Source of the DNA: Eledone cirrhosa
Taxonomy: Eukaryota
Assembly: GCA_964016885.1 (NCBI GenBank)
Contig: OZ024743.1
Span: 74,214,001 to 74,278,000, forward strand
DNA: 64,000 nt
Reading direction: 5' to 3'
Position 1 is the stretch's first letter, and each line of letters opens with the position of its first letter. Of the stretch, positions 41,324 through 54,700 are shown one piece after another. A program made the position numbers and the translations under genes. The notes under the pieces are model-generated. The model made no database searches and was not told the origin of the DNA. It saw nothing but the letters and a program-made list of their open reading frames with translations.

Positions 41324-41565
41324 GTGATGATAATGATGATGATGATGATGATGATGATTGTGATGTTAACGATGATGATGTTGATGATAGGGACAGTGAC
41401 GATGATGATGATTGTGATGATGATGACGGTGATGGTTGTGATGATGACGGTGGTGATGGTGATGCTGATGATGACGGTGATGATGATTGTGATGATAATG
41501 ATGATGATGATGATGAGGAGGAGGAGGGGGAGGGTGTGGGGAAGATTAGAATGATGATGATGATA
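41110..41565. repeat. Degenerate (GAT)n microsatellite
   Basis: Direct reading. Confidence 0.93.
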
Positions 41566-41929
41566 AAGAAACATACAACAACTATAATAACATCAACAAG
41601 AAAATCAATATTAACATAAAAGGGCAAAAACTAAATCCAGGAATATAATTGGAGCATAAAGAATTTCAAGTCCGACCATAGTTCGTGATTATTCCATGAG
41701 ATAGACGTTATTTTGGTTGCTAAAGTACCAGTAATGTACTGGGTAATTGCTGGCCTTGTGCCAATAGTAGAAACAATTATAATCTATCTAGAGAGGAACT
41801 GAAGAACACGTGGAAATTGGGAGGTACTGGGTGCTAGGGAGCAGTCGTGGACCAATCTGATAGACTTAGAATATTTAAAATACACATTTTGTAAATAATA
41901 AATAGCTAAACATATAAAGAAATATTATA

Positions 41930-42350
41930 ATTTTTCTACTTTAGGCACAAGGCCAGCAATTACCCAGTACATTACTGGTACTTTATTTTATCGACCCCGT
42001 AAGGATGAAAGGCAAAGTTAACCTCGGCGGGATTTGAACTCAGACTGTAAAGGGACGTAACTATACTAGAAAGTATGGCGTCCAACCCTCTACCGATACT
42101 GCCAATTCACCGCACGCGGTGAAATATTATAATATTATAATATTATAATATTATAAAAGGGTGGTGGATTGGCAGTATCGATAGAGGATCGGGCGTCATG
42201 CTTTGACGCATAGAGTTACGGCCCTTTCCATTCTGAGTTCAAATCCCGCCGAGGTCAACTTTGCCTTTCATCCTTACGGTGTCGATAAAATAAAGTACCA
42301 GTAATGTACTGGGTAATTGCTGGCCTTGTGCCAATAGTAGAAACAATTAT
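41930..42350. mobile_element. Head-to-head pair of Meta-like SINEs (41930-42113 minus, 42158-42350 plus)
   Basis: Two full copies in inverted orientation ~45 bp apart. Confidence 0.88.
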
Positions 42351-42352
42351 AA

Positions 42353-43358
42353 TCTATATATATAAAACTGTGGTTGTCTGTCTGTCTATCGATTTTTGGC
42401 ACACATCTCCTCTTAGAATCTCTCACGGAATTGCACCGAAATTGCTATACTTGTACATTGAGCCCTAGCGAATACATCGGAAAAAAAATATTTCAAATTG
42501 ACCCACCCTATGTGACGAAATCGAATATAATGTATCGATTTTTGAGCGTAAGTTATCAGTTATTTCCCTTTGTTCTGTTTACATTGAGCGTCTTACGTAA
42601 AAAATTACGCCGGCTTTCTCAGCGTTTAAAATGACATTAACACAATACACGAACAGTTGTCGAGCCAGCAAAATATTGACCTGCAAAATTCATCAGTTCG
42701 AACACTAAGCTTCCGTTTTGCTTCATTTCCATTTAAAAGCATTTTAAAACAATATTTTTACTTGAAAACAAGTCTATTTAAAGACTACGTAAAACAAGCA
42801 AATATTTCGTCGTTAGGCGTGCAGACAGACAGTCGTGCAGAGAGGTGATATACGCGTGCAGACAGACAGTCGTGCAGAGAGGTGATATAGGCGTGCAGAC
42901 AGACAGTCGTGCAGAGAGGTGATATAGGCGTGCAGACAGACAGTCGTGCAGAGAGGTGATATAGGCGTGCAGACAGACAGTCGTGCAGAGAGGTGATATA
43001 GGCGTGCAGACAGACAGTCGTGCAGAGAGGTGATATAGGCGTGCAGACAGACATAACTGATAATTTGGTTACGCTAATGTTTTTCTCTGCGTTGCAGTGT
43101 TTACATTTTCGATCTTTGTTAATAAATAACCAGTGCAGTTTCTATCCCCAGCATCCTCTTTTGTTATAACATTCGGGTTATCGTTATGTTTACTTAACTT
43201 CATAAGGCATATTGTTGGTTGAGGGAATATTAATCAAAAACACCACATGCAAGTCTGCACAGTAGACACTACAGTTTTTAAGCCAAGAAAGAAACTTAAC
43301 ATTGTAACTTTAACACAGCTACTGAGCGACCCCGAGCAACGCCGGGCTTTACTGCTAG
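42353..43358 (+). mobile_element. Non-autonomous Helitron
   Basis: A|TCTATATATATAAAA 5' end; subterminal hairpin CCCGAGCAACGCCGGG; CTAG|T 3' end; no TSD. Confidence 0.85.
42815..43053. repeat. 37-bp minisatellite (~6.5 units) inside the Helitron
   Basis: AGGCGTGCAGACAGACAGTCGTGCAGAGAGGTGATAT tandem, near-identical units. Confidence 0.95.
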
Positions 43359-43367
43359 TATAATATA

Positions 43368-44400
43368 TAATTGTTTCTACTTTAGGCACAAGGCCAGCAA
43401 TCACCCAGTGCATTACTGGTACTTTATTTTATCGACCCCGTAAGGATGAAAGGCAAAGTCAACCTCGGCGCGATTTGAACTCAGATCATAAAGGGACGTA
43501 ACTATGCTGGAAAGCATGGCGTCCGACCCTCTACCGATACTGCAAATCCACCATAATATAAAAAATACACATGTTTTCAATCATATATAGCTAGACATAT
43601 AAAGAAATATTATAATATATAATATATAATATAAAAAATACACATTTTAAAAATAATATGTAGCTAGATATATAAAGAAATATTATAGGCAGTATCGGGT
43701 TGTCCTGTTGTGCCAGTGTTCAGTGGGCTGACCTTGTCTTGCTCATACGGGAACTGATTTTGGCTTGATTTCTACTGGATGCGCTTCCTTAATATATAAT
43801 ATAAAAAATAATACACATTTTGTAAATAATAAATAGCTAGACATATAAAGAAATGTTATAATATATAATATATAATATAAAAAATACACATTTTGTAAAT
43901 AATTGTTTCTACTTTTGGGACAAGGCCAGCAATACCTAGTACATTACTGGTACTTTATTTTATCGATCCCGTAAGGATGAAAGGCAAAGTTAACTTGGCA
44001 GGATTTGAACTCAGATCATAAAGGGCCGCAACTCTTTGCTGCAAAGCATGGCGTCCGACCCTCTACCGATACTGCCAATCCACAATAAAAAAAATACACA
44101 TTTTGTAAATAATTGTTTCTACTATTGGCACAAGGCCAGCAATTACTCAGTAGATTACTGGTACTTTATTTTATCGACCTCGTAAGGAAGAAAGGCAAAG
44201 TTAACCTCGGCGGGATTTGAACTCAGAATGGCAAGGGCCGTAACTCTATGCGTCAAAGCATGGCGTCCGACCCTCTACATTTTGTAAATAATAAATATCT
44301 ATAGATATAAAGAACTGTTATAATATATAATGTAATATAAAAAATACACGATTTGTAAATAATAAATAACTAGACAAATAACTGTTATAATGTAATAAAA
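43368..44400 (-). mobile_element. Three Meta-like SINE copies (43368-43553, 43900-44083, 44110-44277) interleaved with a repeated AT-rich unit
   Basis: SINE motif three times; AAAAATACACATTTTGTAAATAAT..AGCTAGACATATAAAGAAAT repeated. Confidence 0.85.
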
Positions 44401-44784
44401 TATGATATAATATAAAAATGAACATAAAAGAGATATAAAAATGTGGATGAAGGAAAGTAAAAGATGTGAAACAATAGGATTTCACCTGACAGAAGAATTT
44501 GTGAAAGTCAATACATTGTTTGAAGAAAGTGAAATTGAAGTCACGTAAATCCCAGAAGCAAGGAAATATTTGGTCGAATTAAATCGGATTATATGGATAA
44601 TTGCGAGTTGATCGAAGCCAATCAGTTTTAATAAGAGCAACAATCAATCAATAAGAGCAACTATTAAGTCAGGGTATGCATTTCTGACTTTAATAGTATT
44701 AAATATTCTCTGTTCGATCGTTAGGCTGCTGCCTTATATCGATAAATGTTCCAGACCAGTGGAATTAAATTGAATCGTGCATTA

Positions 44785-45260
44785 TAGAAACCACATAGAA
44801 GTCATACACATATATACACATATATACACATACATATACACAGGCATCAAACCACATAGACAACATACGCATAAACACACACATATATACACAGGCATCA
44901 AACCACATAGACATCTCACATACGCACACACACACACACATACACATACATACGGGCATCAAACCACATAGATGTCATACACATAGGCACACACACATAT
45001 ATATACACTGGCATAAAACCATATTGACGAACACAAGTAGACACGCACACACACATACACAGGTCTCAAACCATATAGACGCCACACACATACACAGCAC
45101 ACACGTACGCAGACACACACACGCATAAACGCACATAGACATCAAACACGTAGACACACACATACAGATGCTTAAAACCACATAGACATCACACATACTC
45201 ATGCATAAAAGCACATAGACCCACACATACTCATGCATAAAACCACATAGACGTACACTA
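44785..45260. repeat. Degenerate minisatellite built on GGCATCAAACCACATAGAC + (CA)n
   Basis: The motif recurs at ~40-50 bp spacing. Confidence 0.75.
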
Positions 45261-45386
45261 TATACATGTACATAGATACAAATGTATGTAGATAAATATA
45301 AACACACAGCCTCACCTATACACCATTCCTCCATAAATAGTTGTACACGCCCACGTAAATATAAATTCTATTATATTATAAAGTAA

Positions 45387-45566
45387 CGGCAGTATCGGTA
45401 GAGGGTCGGACGCCATGCTTTCCAGCATAGTTACGTCCCTTTACGAGCTGAGTTTAAATCCCGCCGAGGTTAACTTTGCCTTTCATCCTTACGGGGTCGA
45501 TAAAATAAAGTACCAGTAATACACTGGGATAATTGTTGGCCTTGTGCCAAAAGTAGAAACTATTAT
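45387..45566 (+). mobile_element. Meta-like SINE
   Basis: Same family motif. Confidence 0.88.
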
Positions 45567-45580
45567 TATATATCTATATC

Positions 45581-45639
<59 letters not shown>

Positions 45640-45642
<3 letters not shown>

Positions 45643-45920
45643 GAAAACGAATGACCATGGGATTTGTATCTAGAAAGTCGTCGTCGTCGCCCCCCCCCCC
45701 CCCCCGGCACAAGTCTGGGTAAGATTGTTTGTGGAAGACCAGCAGTCGACCATGCATACCATCTTTCCCTCTCCACGCCACCGATGTTGCCCAAGGGAAA
45801 GGCAATGACCGATACAGCTTGGCACCAGTGACGTCACATTTCATTTCTACAGCTGAGTAAACTGGAGCAACGTGAAATAAAGTGTCTTCTTCAAGGATAC
45901 AACATATCACGCGGTCCAGG
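45640..45920 (-). mobile_element. CORE-like SINE, head truncated by (TG)n
   Basis: Reverse-complement homolog of 46790-47015. Confidence 0.75.
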
Positions 45921-45972
45921 ATGTGTATGTGTGTGTGTGTGTGCTTGTGTGTGTGTGAGTGTGTGGGCTTGT

Positions 45973-46078
<106 letters not shown>

Positions 46079-46399
46079 TTGTGTGTGTGTGTGTGTGTGT
46101 GTGTTTACTGAAAGTTGGTGAGTAATATCCCTATAAATGCAACAGTTTCAGCACTCCGCTTCTACTTGAACCGGATATTCAGTATAAACTTCAACTATCT
46201 ACACCAATCACATTGAAGAAAGAGATGCATGCCAGAATTCTTCTATTCTTTTCCCTGTAACTCTCGATGAAGTCGTAGGGGCGCTGTAGTGGTATACAGC
46301 GTTTATGGGGCATTTTAAGCCTGGCGGAGCCCATCCCTCTCCAAATCTGAACACAGGGAACGATAGAAAGGGTGAGATAGAAGTGAGAAAGAGTTATAG

Positions 46400-46563
46400 A
46401 GGAAAAATCGATCCCGTACTAGACTGGTACTTTTTTATCGACCTGGGATGGATGAAAGGTGAAGTTGATCTTGGCGGGATTCGAAATCAGAGAGCAGAGA
46501 GCCAGAACTTATACTACAAAGTACTTTATTTGGCATTCAAACGACTTTGCCAATCCTCCGCCT
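46400..46563 (-). mobile_element. Older Meta-like SINE
   Basis: CTGGTACTTTTTTATCGACC..GGATGAAAGG. Confidence 0.65.
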
Positions 46564-46709
46564 ACGTCAAAATTACTTTACACTGAGAATGTTCTGATAC
46601 TGGGCTAGAAACATTGATGATTGATAGTGGAATATTACTGTTCCACACAAACTACACATGACTCGTATGAAACTATAAAACCTTTCACCAGAACATAATC
46701 CTATTTTTG

Positions 46710-47040
46710 TGAAGGTGCATGGTTTATTGGTTAGAGCGTGGCGCTTGCAATCGGGAGGTTGTGAGTTAGATTCCTGTACCGGCTGATACGTTGTATTTAC
46801 GTAGCTCCAGTTCACTCAGCTGTGGAAATGAGTTTCGATGTCACTGGTGCCAAGCTGTATCCATCAGCAATTGTCTTTCCCATGGACAACATCGTTGGCG
46901 TGGAGAGGGGAGCCTGGTATGCATAGGCGACTGCTGGTCTTCCACAAATAATCTTGTCTAAACATGTACCGCAGAGGGGAAATTTCTAGGTGCAAATTCC
47001 ATGGTTATTCGTGAAGACCGAAGGCGGTCTTTAATCCTAT
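46710..47040 (+). mobile_element. tRNA-derived CORE-like SINE
   Basis: TGAAGGTGCATGGTTTATTGGTTAGAGCG head, degenerate B-box, GCTCCAGTTCACTCAGCTGTGGAAATGAG. Confidence 0.75.
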
Positions 47041-48076
47041 ATTTGATGCAATATATATATTTGTATATGAGCGTATTCAGTGTTTCGTCTATATTGTATT
47101 TCTTTAAATTATATCTTGCACTCGATAGAATTATATTTTTGCATTCGTATAATATATTTGCCAAAAGTTGTCAAAACTTTAGATTATAGCTTTGTTCAGT
47201 GAGTCTATAAAAACAAATACCAGGAAATTACTTTCAACGTTTCTGTGATATCATGATCACTATTATATATAAAATTATATTTATGTAAACTGCGAATAGC
47301 AACATAGTATTGACAAGAGTAACTACATTGCTGTAATTAGAAAGACGATTTTAACCTATAGCTTTAACGGACATCTAATAACATAAATTACAAAATGTTG
47401 GGGATCTCCTTTAACATCAGTTTGATAACAAGTTAACCTTTGGCAAAGATATCAGACAAGTAGAAGAACCAATGCTAGAGTTTTGTAATAAGCTTTTTAC
47501 TTCTGACATTCTACTCGATCAAAGAGATACGGCCATGAACAACAAAATAATTCTTCACGTTGAATAAGAACATGAGTGGAAGAATTCGTTAAATGTATAT
47601 GGGGAACATAGTCACTTGCAATGGAGATATACTGCAGATTATTAAAGGTGTAAAGATGTCAAGAACAATGCAATATTGTCGAAGAAAGGAATATGAATGT
47701 GATATATTGGTGACGTGTGATAATACTTATAAAGAATGTGCTCCTATAGGATTCATCTCTCTTGAGAAGCAAGGAAGCTGAAATTTAGAAAGTCAGCAAT
47801 ATCACTACGTTTCCATAATAAAAGACCGTACTGTTGTCTATATTAACAAATTTATCATTTAATAAACGAGAGCGACTGTAATGGGTCATATGAAATGGGT
47901 TTCCTACTCTACATCCTAATTGAACTAGTAAGACAAAATTGGGCAATATGGCCGAAGTGTTCATTATTAGAAACAATAAGTTAGAGAATATGTGACAGAA
48001 ATTGGTCAGCTTGGGAGAAATATATTCGATTGTTAGTGAAAAAGAATTTAATAAAGCAAAAATGTATAACACGTGT

Positions 48077-48155
<79 letters not shown>

Positions 48156-48226
48156 GAGAGAGAGGGAGAGAGAGAGAGAAAGGGAGAGAGGGAGAGAGAG
48201 ACAGACAGACAGTCAGACAGACAGAG

Positions 48227-48298
48227 AGAAATGGCTTCTACAAGACTGGAGCTGTTTCATTCGAATGAAACAGTTCTAGTCCTGCAGAAGCCATTTCT
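48227..48298. repeat. 72-bp near-perfect palindrome between microsatellites
   Basis: AGAAATGGCTTCT..CTGTTTCATTC|GAATGAAACAG..AGAAGCCATTTCT. Confidence 0.85.
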
Positions 48299-48411
48299 AT
48301 ATTAGATTTGTTGTATAAACTCTACTAATGTATTGGGTACCTTACTTTCAGTGGTTACGCCACGACTGAACGCGAAACTCACACACATACACACACACAC
48401 ACACAAATATA

Positions 48412-48500
<89 letters not shown>

Positions 48501-48590
48501 CATACATATATACATATATATAAATGCATGTGTATATAGATATATAGATATATAAATATGTGTGCGTGTATGTATCTATATATATATAAA

Positions 48591-48810
48591 TGTTATTCAA
48601 AATGTTAACAAATGAAAAATATTCTCATAATCAAAATATATATTTTATTATACATATTTCAAAGGCACTATGGGGTTTAAGTACGTTTTCATCAAACCAA
48701 ATATATGATTAATCGTATATATTGTCCGATGAAAACGTACTTAAACACCATAATGCCTTATATTTTGATTATGAGAATATTTTTCATTTGTTAACATTTT
48801 GAATAATATT
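48591..48810. repeat. ~220-bp imperfect palindrome between (TA)n tracts
   Basis: TTATTCAAAATGTTAACAAATGAAAAATATTCTCATAATCAAAATATA and its reverse complement; centre ~48710. Confidence 0.85.
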
Positions 48811-48946
48811 AAAAACTCCAGGAAAATCTTTTGTTGAGTGCTTCTAATATATTGTAATATTGTATTCGTTGAGGAATCAACGAACCATACTAATCTTTGG
48901 TTATATATATAATGTATATATTTGTAAATGTATGTATGTAAGTGTT

Positions 48947-49030
<84 letters not shown>

Positions 49031-49060
49031 AAAGAATAGAGGTGTAACACACAAGTTATT

Positions 49061-49444
49061 ATATATTGGTAAACGGAATAGAAAATGCTGACAAATTGTT
49101 CACAGTTGAAAAATGGTTTAATTAGGAATAGAAGAGTATTAGTGATTGTATGGGTTAGTATTCAGTTGTGGTTTTAAGTTTTTAAGTTTTTACCGGTTGC
49201 GCATTTCTAAATGCTTTTCAAAAAGAAAGAGTGTCCGTGTTGTTTGCTCTGATCTGAGCAAACAACACGGACACTCTATCTCAAAATTAATTTTGAAAAG
49301 CATTTAGAAATGCGCAACCGGTAAAAACTTAAAAACTTAAAACCACAACTGAATACTAACCCATACAATCACTGATACTCTTCTATTCCTAATTAAACCA
49401 TTTTTCAACTGTGAACAATTTGTCAGCATTTTCTATTCCGTTTA

Positions 49445-49455
<11 letters not shown>
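49061..49455. repeat. ~390-bp near-perfect palindrome in (TA)n
   Basis: Arms 49061-49249 / 49256-49455, apex TGATCT. Confidence 0.93.
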
Positions 49456-49523
<68 letters not shown>

Positions 49524-49579
49524 TTTAAAGTATTTGCGTTCCAACACAAATGACCAAAATAATAGCCAGCCACTACTAA

Positions 49580-50129
49580 TAATTGTTTCTACTTTTGGCA
49601 CAAGGCCAGCAATTATACCAATGTATTACTGGTACTTTATTTTATCGACCCCGTAAGGTTGAAAGGCAAAGTCAACTTCGGCGGGATTTCGACTCAGACT
49701 ACCACAAATAATAATTGTGAAATTGGAATAGTACTATTGGAGACGGAATAAATAGACTGAGGCATTTCTTAATATGGTCATTTTTGTTGAGACGTGCACA
49801 TCTTTTATTTACCAAATGCATAGGGAATCATGTTATATATAAATAACATTAGATATATACCGTAGCTCAGATATCAGGGAGTCGCCCCAGATAGAGATAC
49901 TACTTGTCCAAATTGATAGATCATGGCTCCGATACTATGGACATGTGGTCAGAATGTCTAAGCAAAGAATTGCTGGTCAAATTTTACGGGCAAAACCAAA
50001 CGGTAGGAGAACCAGTGGTAAACCCCAAGCAAGATGATTGGATAAAATCCATGAACTCGATTGGTCTTGATTGAAGGCGTGTTTGAGGACTCTTCCCTCA
50101 CGACACCCCCAGGAATTAGAGGACAAAGT

Positions 50130-50207
<78 letters not shown>

Positions 50208-50423
50208 TGTCTGACTTAGGCATAAGAGCAACAATTTTAGGGAATATTGAAAGTCGATTGAATCGACCCCAATGCATTACTGGTACATTATTTTATCGAC
50301 CCCGTAAGGATGAAAATCAAAACTAACCTCGGCGGAATTTGAACGTAGAACATAAAGGGTCATAACTCTATGCTGCAAAGCGTGTTGTCTGACGCCCTAT
50401 CGATACTGCCAATCTACCGCCCT
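49580..50423. mobile_element. Meta-like SINEs (49580-49698, 50210-50423, minus) around a degenerate RTE 3' end (49850-50130, plus)
   Basis: Family motifs; CTCCGATACTATGGACATGTGGTCAGAATG = LRYYGHVVRM. Confidence 0.75.
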
Positions 50424-51699
50424 AATACATAGTAAAATGCTAAAAGTTGGTATAATACCTGCTTGGCCAGCTGGTAAGCTTTCCCATGTGGGATCCATAG
50501 TACACCATGAAACGCGTGGAACGTCTAAGAACGTATTTCTCCTGATAAACGCGAAAGGGACTGTATTTAACTTGGTAACATAGGTTGGTATTTCGTCTTG
50601 ATTTTATGGGTTGAATCATGTCTCGTTGCTCATCTATACAGGATGTCCTTGATGGCGTGAGATTTGTATTTCTTTGCAGGGTACCATCGATAGGACTTTT
50701 GTTTCTCTCGAGCTGAAGATCTAACCAATTAGAATCAAGATCTTAAGAGTTCCATTTGTGCATAGCTTATAACTGCCGAGGGGTTTGTATACTTCTTTAC
50801 TCAGGGATAGTACTCTGTTCTTTATATATACTGTAGGCTTGTTCTATCTTCTGCCTTTAGAAATAATTTATTATTTACTCATACATCACACCACATCACA
50901 CTGAAGAGAAAACACAGTACTGTTAAAACAGTCGGTCTGTAACTCTAGATGAGGGAAATGTTAACTTAATTGAATAAAAATGCAGAAAATGAAATATAAA
51001 GTTTTAAATAATTTGAATTATTATATAAGATAACATTTCAGAACATTTCCAAAGAATATTCTTTTCCTTGCAATGAATAACTAACATACATTGATTTTAC
51101 ATTAAAGAAACATTGCTATTAGACTAAGAAGGAAGTTCCACATTCCATCTTGACAAAAGACTATATATGTAGTCTGAGTATAAATCAAAGTCAGAATTGT
51201 TTGGATGTTTGACGTGATAAAATAAGCAGTAGACTTCAGAATAACTCCCCATGTCGAAATGGTTGATTTAATCGTTAAAATCAGCGCTCCAGCGTGGCCA
51301 CAGTCCAATGAGTGAAACTAGTAAAGGAAAAAAATTGAATAAAAGAGCATCACACAACAGCCACACGTGTAAAACTTGTGTTGCTGATTCGTCTGACTCA
51401 TATTTATACACCTTGTCAAACACAGATAAATCTACGTATATGTGAGGTGTGTGTGTGGGCGGGGGGGCTTCATTTAGTGTTAGCTCACAGTAGAAGCGCT
51501 TTTAGAGAAATTCCATAATTCTGTTAGGTTCTCCAAGAGACATAACTAAAAATTGTTTAAAAATCACGATAGTGACGTGAAAAGTGGCACTTAAAATCAG
51601 AATATATTTGTTGTATGTCTATATGTGAAATGGGCCGGAGGAGGAGGGAAGTTTCTTTGTTTGGCCATATATGTATACATGAATGTGTGTATACGTGTT

Positions 51700-52383
51700 T
51701 ATATGTGTGTATGTTAAAACACAGTCTATCTATATGTGTAGAAGTGTGTATGTTATGATAGTGTCTCTCTATATATGTGTATAAGTGTGTATGTTAATAT
51801 ACTGACTCTTTATATGTATGTATAAGTGTGTATGTTAAAACACTGTCTCTTTATATGTATCTATAAGTGTATATGTTAAAATACTGTCTCTTTATATGTA
51901 TGTATAAGTGTATATGTTAAAACACTGTCTCTCTATATGCATGTATATGTGTGTATGTTAAAACACCGTCTCTCTATATGTATGTATAAGTGTGTATGTT
52001 AAAACACTGTCTCTTTAAATGTGTGTATAAGTGTGTATGTTAAAACATTGTCTCTCTATATGTATGTATAAGTGTGTATGTTAAAACACTGTCTCTTTAT
52101 ATGTATGTATAAGTGTGTATGTTAAAATACTGTCTCTTTATATATATGTATAAGTGTGTATGTTAAAACACTGTCTCTTTATATGTATGTATAAGTGTGT
52201 ATGTTAAAACACTGTCTCTCTATATATGTGTATAAGTGTGTATGTTAAAACACTGTCTCTCTATATGTATGTATAAGTGTGTATGTTAAACACTGTCTCG
52301 CTATATGAATTTATAAGTGTGTATGTTAAAACACTGTCTCTCTATATGTATGTATAAGTGTGTATGTTAAAACACTTATACAC
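51700..52383. repeat. 41-bp minisatellite (~16 units) AAGTGTGTATGTTAAAACACTGTCTCTCTATATGTATGTAT
   Basis: Period 41 (e.g. 52029 to 52070); no spacers. Confidence 0.95.
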
Positions 52384-52789
52384 ACAATAATTGCTGGCCT
52401 TGCGCTTAAATCAGAAACCATTATTTTGCTTTGCATTGTAAGATCTTATTAATTCTGCTAAATATTTTATTTTCGCAAATAATTATAGTTTTCCTTATTG
52501 CCTTTTTGAGAATTATATTTGTTAATTTATGTTAATTATATTAATTTGGGCTACAATATTTCCGACGCCAAGCCAAGCCAAGTCACCCCTTACAAACAGC
52601 CCAAGTGAATAGAGTCCCCGATGATGTTTTAAAAAAGAAACTCTTCATTACACTACACCACGCTACAACTTCACCACATTCATAAACGTTAAAATTTATT
52701 AACGACAGACGACTCTGCTTCATAATTATAATCATAATTATAATCATAATATAGAGTTTGAGAATCTTTTCATTATTCGTTACAATTTA

Positions 52790-53130
52790 CTTTTCCCTTA
52801 TGTGAGATCATAAAGCTAATAGAAAGACCAATCTATTGCTCACACACCAGACACTCTATTAAAACACATAATAAACATTTGAGAGCGTACTAAAAGGAAT
52901 GAGATGGAGGCGCAAAAGACGCAAACAGTTTAATCTGAACACAAGTGACAAAATTAGTTAAAGTCATACGAATTTAAGATTTCATAATGAGATTAACACC
53001 TTCAACAAAACTTTAAACAACGATTAGGAATTAGTATTATGTATCTTTACATTCAGATAATGTACAACTCTATACGAACTCGATATGACCATTAGCAACA
53101 GATTAATATGGAGCATCATAATCAGTGCCC
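52790..53130 (+). pseudogene. Possible highly degenerate Naiad-like N-terminal remnant
   Basis: FESVLKGMRWR and LRFHNEINTFNKTLNND resemble the Naiad ESxIKRMRW and IxFRxxxNxFQxxLxxD motifs. Confidence 0.4.
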
Positions 53131-53226
53131 GCAGGATAACAGGCCCCAGCCCATACAACATAACAATAAGGCAACAGTTAGATAAAGAATATGTATTACA
53201 ACACTTCCGTGACTACCATATGTAAT

Positions 53227-53398
53227 AATTGTTTCTACTTTTGGCACAAGGCCAGCAATTACCCAGTACATTACTGGTACTTTATTTTATCGACCCCGTA
53301 AGGATGAAAGGCAAAGTTAACCTCGGCGGGATTTAAACTCAGACCATAACGGGACGTAACTATGCTGGAAAGAATGGCGTCCAATCCTCTACCGTTAC
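53227..53398 (-). mobile_element. Meta-like SINE
   Basis: Family motif. Confidence 0.88.
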
Positions 53399-53479
53399 TA
53401 TATGTAATAATGATAACTAGGCAAACTTTACTTCACATCTAATGTGAATTTTGCATTTCATTCTTAGTACACACACACG

Positions 53480-53596
<117 letters not shown>

Positions 53597-53604
53597 ATAT
53601 ATAT

Positions 53605-54140
53605 AGTGAAAAATGGAACGGGAACAAAACAGAGAGGCAGTACGAACAAAGGTTTATTAGTTTCACGCTCTTGAGAGTGGAGGGGTGAAGAACGACGTTT
53701 CGGGCATAAGCCCTTCTTCAGGCGAAAAGTGGGTGGGAAGAGAGTACCGAGGGTGTGTAGGGGAGTGGAGGAGAGACATTTAGAAAAAAGGGGGGAGAGG
53801 AAAGGGAGGAAAAACGGTGGAAGGGATACAAATAAAAATTAAATAAATAAAAATAAAAATAAACATGAAGATAAACAAGTGGTGGAAGGGTGTGGGGCGT
53901 GTAGGGGTGGTGGCTGTCGGAGTGGGGCGAGGGAGGCGGGGTGTCCGAGCGGGGAAGGCTGAAGGTGGTGTATGTGTGTAGGTGTACGTGTGTGTGGGGG
54001 GTGGGATGTAGGTCGGTGTGTGTGCGTGTGGATGGGGAGGGGTCAGAGGGGTGTGGGGGGAGGCTGAGTGCGTATATATGTGGGGGTACGCACGTGTGTG
54101 TGGTGTTTATACGTTTTGTGGATGTAGGTGGCGTGGTATA
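53605..54140 (-). mobile_element. ORF-less Penelope-type 3' tail/pLTR between (TA)n tracts
   Basis: C-rich minus strand, HHR, then AATAAA, then (TA)n. Confidence 0.65.
53693..53724 (-). ncRNA. Minimal type I hammerhead motif
   Basis: gc-CTGAAGA-a-gggc-ttat-gccc-GAAA-cg-TC-gt; weak stem I. Confidence 0.7.
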
Positions 54141-54329
54141 TATATAACTAGATTACCTAAAACGATAACTTGTTAACCCATATATATATATAATTACATG
54201 ATAAACAACATAATATAATTATTCCATTACCAAAGGTTTCAAGAAACTAGACGATCCTTACAGAAACGTCCAGCTCGTACATCAGATGAAATAAGTCAGA
54301 TGAGTTCTTTAAAACCATTGCATTACACA

Positions 54330-54700
54330 AAGAAATATCATTTATCAACTATATAGATATAGATGAAGTAATATCAGCCATAGATGAACTGGGACCAAAT
54401 TCAGCTGCTAGCCCTGATTGCTAAAGTCATTCTAACAAACCTTTGCAAAATCACTGCAGATCTTCCAAAGCTCCCTTGCAAGTAGTAAACTACATGGAAA
54501 ACTAAAAGAAGGTATAATACGCCCTATCCATAAAGGAGGAAGCAGAGCAGATGCTACAAACTACAGACATGTCTCCCTGACCTCACATATCAGCGAAGTA
54601 TGAAACGAATCATAAAAAAGAAACTGATCACTTTTTTAGAGGATAATGGTCTTTTAACTAAAATTCACCATGGCTATCACCCAGTAGAAGATCCCTTTCA
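54330..54700 (+). pseudogene. CR1-clade LINE RT N-terminal fragment
   Basis: EVISAIDELGPNSAASPD...IRPIHKGGSRADATNYRHVSLTSHIS...FLEDNGLL..HHG. Confidence 0.8.

Noticed and set aside
41038-41627. Poly-Asp/Met/Ile/Ser ORFs (also 28872-29701, 39171-39603, 56966-57663)
   Set aside because: Microsatellite translation artefacts
47330-47780. Very old CR1-like RT remnant (also 50450-50550)
   Set aside because: Only faint motif echoes; too degenerate to call
51700-52383. CRISPR-like appearance of the 41-bp (and 37-bp, 27-bp) arrays
   Set aside because: No unique spacers, no cas genes, eukaryotic context
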